From a virus (taxonomy: Duplodnaviria; Caudoviricetes), in the IMG/VR virus record IMGVR_UViG_3300044259_000056, positions 1 through 64,000 of that record: a stretch of 64,000 bases of DNA, one strand, 5' to 3'. The notes beneath the pieces were generated by a model. It ran no database searches, was not told the origin of the DNA, and saw only the letters and a program-made list of their open reading frames with translations. Within the stretch, counting starts at the first letter, position 1. Each line of letters begins with the position of its first letter. Both the position numbers and the translations under genes were made by a program. This document shows positions 18,604-28,609 of this stretch, piece after piece.

Positions 18604-19131
18604 ATGTCAGAAAGAAAATATTATCTTAGTTTTGCAGAATTGCTTATTGATATTGATAAAATGAATGTAGGATTAGATCTAAAAAAGACATTTACTTTAC
18701 CAAATTTCTTTTTAGCAACAAAAGATGGAAAGATTCATCAAGCACATGACCTAAATAGCTTTATCAATATTCTTACCTCTGTCCTAGGTGTTGATATAAT
18801 CCCTTGGTCTGGTGTAGACGCTGTTCCTCTGAGTCTTGTTTATAATGATTATTCTTCTGAATTTAAAATTGAAGAAATTGTAGAGCAAGAGGTTGAAGTT
18901 GTCAAGGACAAACCACTGACTGACAGTCTTCCACAAACAGAGACTATTGAAACTCAAGTTATTGAGACTGATAAGGTAGAAAAGTCATTAGAGGATATGA
19001 CAGCAAAAGAGATTATTAAGTTACTAACAGATGCAGGTGAAGTTATCCCTAAGATTATAAATAAAACCCAATTAATAAAACTTGTAAAAACAAAATTTGG
19101 GGAAAAGTATGGCAACACAGCAACAGATTGA
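18604..19131 (+). CDS. Hypothetical protein with C-terminal Rho-N/LEM-like helix pair
   Basis: LEDMTAKEIIKLL...KIINKTQLIKLV. Confidence 0.6.
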   Translation: MSERKYYLSFAELLIDIDKMNVGLDLKKTFTLPNFFLATKDGKIHQAHDLNSFINILTSVLGVDIIPWSGVDAVPLSLVYNDYSSEFKIEEIVEQEVEVVKDKPLTDSLPQTETIETQVIETDKVEKSLEDMTAKEIIKLLTDAGEVIPKIINKTQLIKLVKTKFGEKYGNTATD

Positions 19132-19624
19132 TAAAGTCAGAGCTTATGCTTTCTATCCCACACAACAGAAAGTTTCTGATGCAATAATTGAAGCTAACAT
19201 TGAGAAATGGGAAGCTGTTATCTCTCCTGATGTAGTGAATAGAGAAGGTATTATCCTTTATAATGCAACATTAGATACATTGAGATATCTTGTGTATACT
19301 GATCCTTCTGAGTCTGCTGGATATAGATTAAGAGAGAAAGTTAATAAGGTAGAAAGGGAAGTTGAAACTCAATCTAACTATGTTGGTAAATGGGAAAAAA
19401 TCTTAGAAGATTATCTCAATGGCACACTCATTATCCCAGAATACTCTGTTTCTGGTAAAAAAGTATTTGTTGGGGGTGTCAGTGCAGAAGAGATTAACCG
19501 TGTAAATAATGATATAGATTCCGTAAATGGATTAGGTAGATATACAGGGATAAATTCAAGAGTTTCAAGTAATACAAGAGAACGTGTCTTCCGTAGAATG
19601 GCTAATAAATATGAATCTTTTTAG
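19097..19624 (+). CDS. Head-tail adaptor (neck protein)
   Basis: Position and size; likely start ATG 19109. Confidence 0.65.
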   Translation: MGKSMATQQQIDKVRAYAFYPTQQKVSDAIIEANIEKWEAVISPDVVNREGIILYNATLDTLRYLVYTDPSESAGYRLREKVNKVEREVETQSNYVGKWEKILEDYLNGTLIIPEYSVSGKKVFVGGVSAEEINRVNNDIDSVNGLGRYTGINSRVSSNTRERVFRRMANKYESF

Positions 19625-19632
19625 AGGTAAAT

Positions 19633-19857
19633 ATGTTACAACCAATTGTTATTGCTAATCGTGTTATTGCAAAAGAATTTATTGATGAGAAAACAGGAAA
19701 AGCTTTCTCTTTTTACAAAGAAGATGAATACAAAGTTAAGGGTAATTTTGAATCAACAGCCACAAAACTACCTGAACTTGTTGCAGATTATAACAAACTT
19801 ATTTCAGCGTTGGAAGAAGTAGGGATTATAATCCCTGATGTGAAGGAAGAAGATTAA
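19633..19857 (+). CDS. Head-fibre-like small protein
   Basis: ATKLPELVADYNKLISALEEVGII resembles the phage head-fibre trimerisation motif. Confidence 0.5.
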   Translation: MLQPIVIANRVIAKEFIDEKTGKAFSFYKEDEYKVKGNFESTATKLPELVADYNKLISALEEVGIIIPDVKEED

Positions 19858-19869
19858 TCTAGAGGTGCT

Positions 19870-20337
19870 ATGCTTTCTGTCTCTATGAAAAGTGAAGTGG
19901 ACTTATCTTTCTATGACAGGTTGATGGAGAGGTCATATAGACTAGAATCAATTGAGGTTGAATCAGGTTATCTTGACACAAAAATTCATAAAACTTCAGG
20001 TTTACCAATAGGGACACTCGCAGCAATACATAACAATGGTAGCATAAAAGCAAATATACCTTCCAGACCGTTCATGATATTAGCGGCATACTATTGGGCA
20101 AGAGAGGCTAATGTTTTCTCAAAAGCCTTTGTAGACTTCTGTTTAAAAAGAAAGTCCATTAATGAGTCTTTTAATCCTGTAGGGCGAAAAGGGATGAGGT
20201 CTGTTCAAACAGCCATCATGAGTCAACAATTTGTTCCATTAGCAACTTCAACAATTGAAAAGAAAGGCTCATCAACAATCTTGTTTGACACAGGAGAGTT
20301 AATAAACTCAGTTAAATGGCGTGTGGGTATGAAGTAA
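19870..20337 (+). CDS. Neck/tail completion protein (HK97 gp10-like)
   Basis: IPSRPFM and KKGSSTILFDTGELINSV motifs. Confidence 0.75.
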   Translation: MLSVSMKSEVDLSFYDRLMERSYRLESIEVESGYLDTKIHKTSGLPIGTLAAIHNNGSIKANIPSRPFMILAAYYWAREANVFSKAFVDFCLKRKSINESFNPVGRKGMRSVQTAIMSQQFVPLATSTIEKKGSSTILFDTGELINSVKWRVGMK

Positions 20338-20410
20338 CAACAGTTGCTCTTAAAATAGAATTATGTTATCATATATTTAGGGAGGTAATATATTACTTTC
20401 AGATTTTTCT

Positions 20411-20809
20411 TTGATAAATCTCAAAGAATATGAAGCACGTCATAGAGAGTTTATAAAAAATTCTGGAGATATCTTTGAAAATGGATATTCATCTTATGTA
20501 GTTTATGAAGCTTTCACAATTCAAGCGTGTTCTCTCCAACCAGAAACAGGTTATACATTAAACACTATACCGGAAGGGTATAGGACAAAAGGTGTCTACT
20601 CTTTCTGGACAACAACACCAGTCAGGACGTTAGAACAAGGAACTGACCAGCTCTCAGATCAAATAAAAATAAATGGACAATGGTTCTCTATCCTAAGATC
20701 ACAACCTTGGGTAGAATCTGATTTTTTACCTCACTATGATTGTATAGCAGTAAGAGAAGACCAAAATAATTCCCCCACTCAATCACCAGAAGGTGGCAAC
20801 TTTGGCTAA
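20411..20809 (+). CDS. Head closure protein
   Basis: Synteny; DQIKINGQWFSI pattern. Confidence 0.6.
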   Translation: MINLKEYEARHREFIKNSGDIFENGYSSYVVYEAFTIQACSLQPETGYTLNTIPEGYRTKGVYSFWTTTPVRTLEQGTDQLSDQIKINGQWFSILRSQPWVESDFLPHYDCIAVREDQNNSPTQSPEGGNFG

Positions 20810-21383
20810 TCCTACATTTCAAAATATGTTAGCTGCTGAACAATTCTTCATGACTACGATAGGGTCTTTTTTAAAAGAATTAACAGGATTAAAAGTCTTT
20901 ATTACAAATAAACCTTGGCCTTCAGGATCTGAACCTATGATTGGTATCAGAATACTTAGTTATGATAAATCAGGTTGGGGGAGTAAGTACGGTTATGACG
21001 AGACAAATAATCAGCAAATAGTTGAGATGACTTCAATTCCAACAGTTGAATTTCTCGCGGTAAGAGGGAATCCAGTATCTACTCTTAATTATGTCAATAA
21101 TGCATTAATGTCTTTTAATGACTATTGTTATAATAAACTAACTTTAAATGGTATTGGATTTCTTTCAGCAACCTCTGTCTCTGAGGCTGATACAGTATTT
21201 GACCAAGCACAGACTGAGTTTAGAGCTAGGATGTTAGGTGACTTTACTTTACGACTTAGAATTTTTGACCAAGCTGTGAATCTTAAAGTTGAAAAAGTGA
21301 GTTTAACACAAAATTTCATAGAGGAAGGTGCGAACACTCCCTCAATATCTTATCAATCGGTTTTTGAAAACCTTGTAGAATAG
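20793..21383 (+). CDS. Tail terminator / neck protein
   Basis: Synteny immediately before the sheath gene. Confidence 0.6.
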   Translation: MATLANPTFQNMLAAEQFFMTTIGSFLKELTGLKVFITNKPWPSGSEPMIGIRILSYDKSGWGSKYGYDETNNQQIVEMTSIPTVEFLAVRGNPVSTLNYVNNALMSFNDYCYNKLTLNGIGFLSATSVSEADTVFDQAQTEFRARMLGDFTLRLRIFDQAVNLKVEKVSLTQNFIEEGANTPSISYQSVFENLVE

Positions 21384-21392
21384 GAGTATTAA

Positions 21393-22775
21393 ATGGCAAC
21401 ATTTCGTGATAAGGTAGTTGATGTCACGTTAGTATATGGGAGTGGTATTACAGAAGTCGCTCGTTTTGACATTCCATTGATTTTAGCTACCCACAATAGT
21501 TCAGCAAATCTTGTAGATACTTTTACTTCAGCAGATGCAATTTTACAAGCAGGTTATACAGAGTCTTCTCCTGTCTATAAGATGGCAACTCTTTTGTTTA
21601 CAGGCCTAGCTGCACCAGAATATATTTTGGTCGGTAAAAGAACACTTACAGACTACTCAGTTACATTTACTGCTGTAAATAGTAGCATTTATACAGTAAC
21701 ACTAAAAGATGCATCAAGCTCTAAAACTTTCTCTTACACATCAGATTCAAGTGCTACTGTAGCAGAGATTGCAGCAGGATTGCAAGGACTTATTTCAGCA
21801 GACGGTGTTTGGAGTACTAAAATTACTGCAACAGTTGTTGGTTCTAATACATTAAATCTTGCACCTGTTAGTGGACAACATGTAGATGTTGCAGTAGGCA
21901 GTAATAGTGTCTTGTCTAGAAATACATCCCAGTCTGTTACTGATGCAATAACAGCTATTGCAACTGCCAATAATACTTTCTTTTGGGTGGTTAGTGATAG
22001 CCATACAAATGCTGATATTACTGCATTAGCGGCATATGCAGAAGCTCATGATAAAATTTATACCTTCTCTACCCAAGATGTTAATGTCAGAGATAAAGTT
22101 TCAGGTAACATTCTTGAAACATTAAATGGATTGTCATATAGAAATACTTGGTGTTCCCTTTGGAAATCAGATGCAGATATTTCATACCCAGAGGCTTCTG
22201 CTGTAGGTCAGATTGCAGCATCCCAGCCGGGAACCACAACTATGCACGGCAAGTCTTTAGTAGGTATTACACCAGAAAAATTAACAGCAACACAAGAGAG
22301 TAATATTGTCTCCCTAAATGGTAATATTTATCGTAGAGAATATGGAATTAATTTCTATCGTGATGGTAGAACAGTTAGCGGACAGTTTGTAGATGCAATT
22401 CATCAGGCACTTTATACAAAAGCAAAAATGGAAGAGTCTATTTATAATCTCTTTAGAGAACAAAGCCAACTCCTTTCAGGTGTCCGTAACACTCAAGCAG
22501 GCCGTGATCAACTTCGTCAAAGAATTACGGCTGATGTGATTCAACCTCAGATTTCAAATGGTTCTATTGTTAACGAGATTGATACCTCCTCTGATACTGG
22601 TTTGAAGAAAGACTTACGGCCTATGCTGACTATTCCATCTCGTGCTGATGCAACAACTGAGTCAGTTAATGAACGTCTTATTGATGGTATTGTTCTTGAG
22701 TATGTTTATGCAGGTTTCTTGCATTACGCGAAAGTTCGTATCAATGTTTTAACTGACCGTACAGCTACAGCATAA
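21393..22775 (+). CDS. Tail sheath protein (DUF3383-like)
   Basis: 460 aa, FDIPLIL, TTMHGKSLVGITP, YAGFLHY. Confidence 0.85.
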   Translation: MATFRDKVVDVTLVYGSGITEVARFDIPLILATHNSSANLVDTFTSADAILQAGYTESSPVYKMATLLFTGLAAPEYILVGKRTLTDYSVTFTAVNSSIYTVTLKDASSSKTFSYTSDSSATVAEIAAGLQGLISADGVWSTKITATVVGSNTLNLAPVSGQHVDVAVGSNSVLSRNTSQSVTDAITAIATANNTFFWVVSDSHTNADITALAAYAEAHDKIYTFSTQDVNVRDKVSGNILETLNGLSYRNTWCSLWKSDADISYPEASAVGQIAASQPGTTTMHGKSLVGITPEKLTATQESNIVSLNGNIYRREYGINFYRDGRTVSGQFVDAIHQALYTKAKMEESIYNLFREQSQLLSGVRNTQAGRDQLRQRITADVIQPQISNGSIVNEIDTSSDTGLKKDLRPMLTIPSRADATTESVNERLIDGIVLEYVYAGFLHYAKVRINVLTDRTATA

Positions 22776-22789
22776 TAGGAGTATAAAGA

Positions 22790-23260
22790 ATGGAACAAAT
22801 GTTAACAGGGTTTAGTGCATTTGACCCTAAAAATGTGCGAGTCTTACTTGGAGGTTATGAGCCTTCTGGTTATGCAACAGACAGTATGATTAACATTACT
22901 CTAGCAAATGACATTGTTCTCCCCTATGGTGGTTTAGATGGTGATGTCTCACTTGCTGTTAACCGTAACCATTTAGGAACAATGACAATTCATTTACAGA
23001 ATACAAGCCCAAGTAATAAAGTTTTAAGTACTTTCATTGCACAGAGTTATAGTACTGGTATTGTAGCTTTCCCAGTATTGTTCTCAGAACCAAGTTCAGG
23101 CAGTGAATTTATGACTATTGGTTGGGTGCAACAGCAACCTGAACATGCCATTACTAATCAGATTGGTACAATGCCTTGGGTTATTGGCCTGAAAGATGCA
23201 AGAGTTAGCTTTGGTACTACTGCTGCATCACTAAATGCCATTCAAGGTTTAGCACTTTAA
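22790..23260 (+). CDS. Tail tube protein
   Basis: FDPKNVRVLLGG, GTMTIHLQNTSPSN; follows the sheath. Confidence 0.82.
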   Translation: MEQMLTGFSAFDPKNVRVLLGGYEPSGYATDSMINITLANDIVLPYGGLDGDVSLAVNRNHLGTMTIHLQNTSPSNKVLSTFIAQSYSTGIVAFPVLFSEPSSGSEFMTIGWVQQQPEHAITNQIGTMPWVIGLKDARVSFGTTAASLNAIQGLAL

Positions 23261-23276
23261 ATATCGCTGTGTGCGA

Positions 23277-23290
23277 GGGCAAGGATGCCC
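23277..23290 (+). promoter_or_regulatory. CsrA/RsmA-like GGA-loop hairpin upstream of tail chaperone
   Basis: GGGCA-AGGA-TGCCC; further GGA motifs downstream including the SD. Confidence 0.45.
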
Positions 23291-23354
23291 AATCTTTTTA
23301 AAAGGAACTAACACACAAGACTTTAATCTCTCATAAACTATAAGGATAGCACAC

Positions 23355-23861
23355 ATGAGCGAACAGAATCAAAATATTATTTCCAATATTGCACAAAAAA
23401 TTGCCCCTGAGACTCGTTATAAAACTAAATATAAAGATATTCAAGGTATTGAGAAAGAGGCTGAGTTTCAGATCATGCATTTGCCGCCTTCTGTCATCTA
23501 TAAGAAACTTCCAAAGATTGGTCGTTTGATTGGTGTTCCAGCAGGCATGATTATGGCAGCAGCTAATGAAGGTTTTGCAGAAGCATTACCAGCAGCGATG
23601 TTGCAATTATTTAACACCTTTGATGAAGAAAATTTAGAACTGTTTATTAAAGAACTTTTAGATAGTGTTTATCTTCAGGGGACAAAAGTTACGGCAGACT
23701 TTGATGGGATTTTTATGAATGCCCCACACTTACCACTCCAACTTGCTGTAAAAGTCCTAGAGGTGGCTTATACCCCTTTTTTCAGCCTAGATTTCAAAGA
23801 AATGCTACCGACATTGGCGAAAATAAGTCAGGTTCAACAAATGAATTCAGCCCAGCTATAA
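23355..23861 (+). CDS. Tail assembly chaperone (G-like)
   Basis: Lies between tube and TMP; slippery site near the 3' end. Confidence 0.82.
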   Translation: MSEQNQNIISNIAQKIAPETRYKTKYKDIQGIEKEAEFQIMHLPPSVIYKKLPKIGRLIGVPAGMIMAAANEGFAEALPAAMLQLFNTFDEENLELFIKELLDSVYLQGTKVTADFDGIFMNAPHLPLQLAVKVLEVAYTPFFSLDFKEMLPTLAKISQVQQMNSAQL

Positions 23862-24118
23862 AATTAGCAATTGAGAAAAGTTGTTCTAGTTCTAGCCTTG
23901 ATTGGTTTGAATACATGTTATATAGGATTGTCTCAAAAACCTCAGAAACAAGGATATCTCTTGATCAATATGACTTAAGATATATGTTTTCACTTTATGA
24001 GGCAATTGACCTTGAAGACTACATAGAACTTCTTAGAATGAAAGATGCAGAGGCTAAAGCCCTTGCAGAAAGACAACAAAAAAGTAAAGGGAATGGTATG
24101 GGATTTCCTTTAAGGTAA
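23355..24118 (+). CDS. Frameshift-extended tail assembly chaperone (GT-like) via -1 shift at 23774-23783
   Basis: C-CCT-TTT-TTC contains two slippery heptamers; the -1 frame is open from there through ORF 23915-24118. Confidence 0.8.
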
Positions 24119-24125
24119 ATAATAA

Positions 24126-24157
24126 GCCCTGCCATTGCGCAGGGCATTTTTGTTTTT
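24126..24157 (+). terminator. Rho-independent terminator before TMP
   Basis: GCCCTGC-N6-GCAGGGC followed by a U-rich tract. Confidence 0.75.
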
Positions 24158-24193
24158 ATGGTTAGGTATCAACAAATCTCTACGGAGGGTGTA

Positions 24194-27100
24194 TTGGCAA
24201 TTAATTTTGATGCTGCCATTATTAAAAATAAAGTGGTATATACAACAGACCTCTCATCACTTAAAAAAGTAATGGCGGATATTAGGAAGGTTCAACAGTC
24301 AGCATCTAAATCTGTTTTAGCTTCCTCAACAATAAAACAATCAAGACAACAAGCTGAACAGACAAAACGTTGGGCATCAGAAACAATGGATGCACATGTT
24401 AAAGCTATGAACGAAGTAAGAAAATCAAAGGCATCTCAATTTCAGAAGTCATCTCAAGATTATTTCAATGACTTATTTGGCATAGGTAAGAAAACAAAAT
24501 CTGCCAGAGAGTCTGGTTATGCTTTTTTAGAACAGTTTCAGGCACAAGATGCCGCAGCAAATGAAATAAGGAAAAGGCAAAAAGAATCTTTGAGAAGACA
24601 GACAGCAGACCAGAAGAAAATAGATGAAGCTAATATTAAAGCAACAGAAGATAGACTAAGAAGAAAAGATGTAGCGAGTTCTAAGCAATCTTTTTTTGGT
24701 TTTGAATTAGGAAAAACAAGACTCGGTGTTGATGATATGCGAGCCTATACAACACAAATGAGAAACTTATCTCAGGAGTATGTATCAGGGAGTATGTCTG
24801 TCAGACAATATAATGAATCAACACGACAATTACTTTCTACTGCAAGACAACAGAGTAAAGAGTCATTAACACTTAAAGAAAGGTTAATGAGTATTCGTGG
24901 AGAAATGGTTCTCTTTGGTGTAACTGCTGGATTTGTTATTAAAGATGTTGTAGATACAGGAAAACAATTTCAACAATTAAATTTATCTTTTGATACAGCA
25001 TTTGGTAAAGATAAAGGCGAGGCAATGGATTTTGTTCGCTCAGAGGCTGATAGATTAGGTATGAGTGTCCTTGGTGTTAGTAAGAACTATGCTCGGTTAG
25101 CTTATGGTGCTAAGTTAATGGGCATGTCACAATCAGATGTTCAGATGGGATTCTCTGGGATATCTGAAGCAGCAACTGCTTGGGGTCTATCAAATGAGCA
25201 AGTTCAAGGGACATTTAAAGCATTTACAGATATGATCTCAAAAGGCACAGTCCAGTTAGAGGAGCTTAATGTTAGGTTCCTGAAACTTCTTTAATTGTCG
25301 GGGAAATCTTGAAAGGTATTGACTACTCTCTCTACATAGTGATATAGTAGAAAAACTCTTGGTAATGCAAGAGCTATAGTAAAAACGTCAATAATAGAGA
25401 TAATCCGCAGGTAAGGTTCTTTATTTCATAAAGAACAAACTTCAACGACTATCGAAAGCATAGGTTAAATGAGAGATAAATAGATTATCTTTTATTATAA
25501 CTAAAGAAGCAAGTAGAGTACAGCCAAGTGGTAGGTTGCCATAGTGGAATGGCTATGGTTATAAAACCCTTTAAATGGAAACAGGAAGCATCTCTTTGAG
25601 ATGAAGATATAGTCTGATCCTCATATGAGAATATGAGCAGACACAAGGAAGTGTCTGTTTGTGTTTAACGAACACAAAAAACATCGGTGAAAACAACAAC
25701 TCGGTTATACTATTAGCTGAGTATAAACTTCCTTAACTGCTGGAAACCCCTAAAGCTTGATTGTTTATTTTCTATATGTTATATTAAGAATGAAATAAAA
25801 CAATCGAGATGCAACAATGGGCAATCAGCAACTAAGCATCTCTCCAGAAAAGAAAGTAAGGAGAAAATATGGAATATGAAAATCTAAGCAAAAACTATAA
25901 AGTGACATCTTGTGGTTTAGTCTTTTCTTTAAGAAGAAATAAATATCTGAAGCAGTCAATATTTGGTGGGTATAATATAGTAAATATTGGCAAGAAGAAC
26001 TATTTTGTTCATAGACTAGTTGCTATAACTTATATACCAAATCCAAGTAATCTTCCTTGTGTTAATCATAAAGATGGAAATAAGCTAAATAACCATGTAG
26101 ATAACCTTGAGTGGTGCACAAGTGGATACAATCAATGTCATGCATATTTAACTGGACTAAAAAGGTTACCAAAAGGTGAAATGAATGGAAGAAGCGTTTT
26201 AACAGATTCTGAAGTTCTAAGTGTCTACGATGATCTTATGTCTGGGGCAAGAGTTAAAGATATTTCAGAGATCTATGGTGTAGGAAAAAGCACTATAATG
26301 TCTATTAAGAAAAAAGAGTCATGGCAGCACTTATTAAAAGATAAACCAGATATAAAAATAAAGAAAAAGACACAAACCTTATCTGAAAATACTGTTATAT
26401 GGATTTGTAAACAGTTGTCAGAAAATAAGACAGTTAAATGGATTTTTGATAACTGTCATAAGAATGTTACAATTAATCAAATACAAGATATAAAGAGAAG
26501 GCATTGTTTTTGTAAGATAAGTAAAGATTTCATATGGTGATGAAAGCTCAACGACTATCGAAAGCATAACTTAGGTCTTAGCCTGAGTGAGTAAGCAAGT
26601 AGAGTAGCGCCAAGTGGTAGGTGATTAAAGTGGAATGACTTTAATTATAAAACCCTTTAAAGCAAAATGGGAAGAGGTGTATAACAGATTATGCACTTAA
26701 GATATAGTCTGATCTGCATGGAAACATGCAGCAGCTTGAATAAAGCGGGGAGGGATTAACGAACCCTCCTGAACATTATGGATCGTATGCCGGATGCAAT
26801 GGCTGTGTTTGCTAAAGCATTAGACCCAGAGTCTTATGCAAAAAATCCACAGAAAGCCATTGAAAAAATGCAAGAGACTATTAAGAAAGGTAATCTCAAG
26901 TCTCTTGAAACATTACCTAAAGTATTTAAAGTATTCCATGAAATATATGGCCCACAAGCTGAAAAAGCTATGTATGGTGTCACTCAACAACAGAACAGAT
27001 TCAATAATACATTAAATGATTTCAAAAATATAATCTTTCAGTCTGGTTTAGCAAATGCAACAGTTAGGTTATTTGGTGCACTAAACAATTTCTTGAAAGG

Positions 27101-27866
27101 TTCTAAGCCCTTAGCTGCATTTTTAGGTGGTATTGCACAAGGTTTTGCAGATTTACTTTACTATGTAGAACTTGGTGAAGCATATTTCCTAGATTTTGCT
27201 GTTGCAATGGGTGTTTTGAATTATGAGACAGGAAAATGGAATAAAGATGTCCTTAATGCATTTGCTGAGGTTGGTGAAGCTGCTGGCATCCTTTTTGGTT
27301 TGAAATTAATTAAATGGTTAATGGGAACTGTTACAAGTTTTAATAAATTAGGTTCAACTGTTGGTAAGTTAGGGGCTAAGTTTGGTATAGCAAGTGGTTT
27401 TGCTGTGTCACTTTTAGGGGCTATTGAAGGTATTGCTAAATTTGCAGGAAAAACTTTGCTTATTGGAATTGCATTAGATTTCTTTTCTAAAATTGGTGAT
27501 CTTGAAAAAGAGGCTCAAGATAAGAATAAAAATCTTGGTGAGCTACTTTATGAGAAATCACAACAAAAAGAGAAAGAACGTATTGCAAGAGGTGGCGCGG
27601 ATGTAAGTAATTGGTGGGAAAATGTAAAAAGCTTTTTTACCCCGAATAGTGGTACTCTAACATCTCCATCCCCTTGGGAGAACACTATGTCCTCTAATTT
27701 TAATCCCTTCCTAATGGGCATGGCAGGTGTCTCTGCACCAAAAGAAGCTTATCAACCTCCTGTTGAAATTAATCTTAACTTTAAAGGGGAAGGTCTTAAA
27801 GACTTCTGGGATGTTCAGATGAGTAATCAAGCCTCGAGTCTATATGACTTCCAGTTAAATAAATAG
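24194..27866 (+). CDS. Tape measure protein, doubly spliced (exons 24194-25266, 25690-25705, 26781-27866; 724 aa)
   Basis: TTG start after GGAGG. Splicing restores the tape-measure motif SKGTVQLEEL-KQQLG-DRMPDA in one frame. Confidence 0.9.
25267..25689 (+). mobile_element. Group I intron TMP-1 (423 nt, no ORF)
   Basis: P1 GGAGCU pairs with IGS GGUUCC (25275-80); P7 GACUA (25447-51)/UAGUC (25610-14); P9 hairpins; terminal G at 25689. Confidence 0.9.
25690..25705 (+). other. 16-nt TMP micro-exon (A AAA CAA CAA CTC GGT)
   Basis: Completes the Leu codon CT|A and encodes KQQLG, the only gap in the TMP motif. Confidence 0.85.
25706..26780 (+). mobile_element. Group I intron TMP-2 (1075 nt) encoding an HNH endonuclease
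   Basis: P1 CUCGGU pairs with IGS GCUGAG (25716-21); P7 GACUA (26553-57)/UAGUC (26705-09); terminal G at 26780. Confidence 0.92.
25869..26540 (+). CDS. Intron-encoded HNH homing endonuclease with tandem C-terminal HTH-like repeats
   Basis: HRLVAITYIPNPSNLPCVNHKDGNKLNNHVDNLEW; SD AAGGAG. Confidence 0.92.
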   Translation: MEYENLSKNYKVTSCGLVFSLRRNKYLKQSIFGGYNIVNIGKKNYFVHRLVAITYIPNPSNLPCVNHKDGNKLNNHVDNLEWCTSGYNQCHAYLTGLKRLPKGEMNGRSVLTDSEVLSVYDDLMSGARVKDISEIYGVGKSTIMSIKKKESWQHLLKDKPDIKIKKKTQTLSENTVIWICKQLSENKTVKWIFDNCHKNVTINQIQDIKRRHCFCKISKDFIW

Positions 27867-27876
27867 TGTTTAAAAG

Positions 27877-27894
27877 TTTGACAAGGATGTCAAA
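27877..27894 (+). promoter_or_regulatory. CsrA/RsmA-like GGA-loop hairpin in 5' UTR of baseplate gene
   Basis: TTTGACA-AGGA-TGTCAAA contains ACAAGGATGT; SD GAGGA is about 10 nt downstream. Confidence 0.5.
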
Positions 27895-27911
27895 TTATTT
27901 ATGAGGATTAA

Positions 27912-28601
27912 ATGGCAAAACAATATGTATTAATAGGCTCTAAAGTTAACGGAGTAAGGTTTGCTTACAACTCTAAACAAAATAAAAAATCAGGTGGTTC
28001 TAATCCACAAAGCAACTCTACATTATACAATGTTGTTGCGTTTGACTCTATTGGAGAAATCTCTTTTGATTTAGACGCCTCTGTTACTAAATATCCAATA
28101 GAAACTGGTGCAGAAATATCAGATCATGTCACAACACACAATCAAAATTTTAGTTTAACTGGTTATGTCTCCAATTTCCCAAATGAAAAGTATGGTACCT
28201 CAAATGCAATAGCTTATACAAACTTGGGGACACCTTATGACACAGAGAATTTAGATACAAGAACAAAAGCAGCATATAAACTCCTTAAGAAAATATGGGA
28301 AGAAAGACAACCTATTAAACTTGTCAGTGAATTTGAGGTTCATGAGAACATTATTTTAAAAAATATCTCATTTAGTATGGAAGCATCAACGGCTGATAAT
28401 ATAGCCTTTAAACTGTCATTTGAAAAGGTCAGATTTTCTAGTGTTGGGGCTACCACCATGAATGTAAAATCAGGCGCTAAGAAAAAAACTGATGGTAACA
28501 AGAATACAACTAACAATGGAAAGTCTCAGAAGACAGGAACATTTGTAGGTGATGCCAAGAAAGCAAGAGCAAATGAGATTAAAATTACAGAAGACATGTA
28601 G
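27912..28601 (+). CDS. Baseplate hub / tube initiator (Dit-like)
   Basis: SVTKYPIETGAEISDHV motif, directly after TMP. Confidence 0.75.
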   Translation: MAKQYVLIGSKVNGVRFAYNSKQNKKSGGSNPQSNSTLYNVVAFDSIGEISFDLDASVTKYPIETGAEISDHVTTHNQNFSLTGYVSNFPNEKYGTSNAIAYTNLGTPYDTENLDTRTKAAYKLLKKIWEERQPIKLVSEFEVHENIILKNISFSMEASTADNIAFKLSFEKVRFSSVGATTMNVKSGAKKKTDGNKNTTNNGKSQKTGTFVGDAKKARANEIKITEDM

Positions 28602-28609
28602 AGGATATT

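Noticed and set aside
25638-25657. GGA-loop hairpin CAGACAC-AAGGAA-GTGTCTG in TMP intron 1 as a CsrA site
   Set aside because: It is adequately explained as a P9 peripheral stem. The loop departs from ACARGGAUGU, and there is only one instance.
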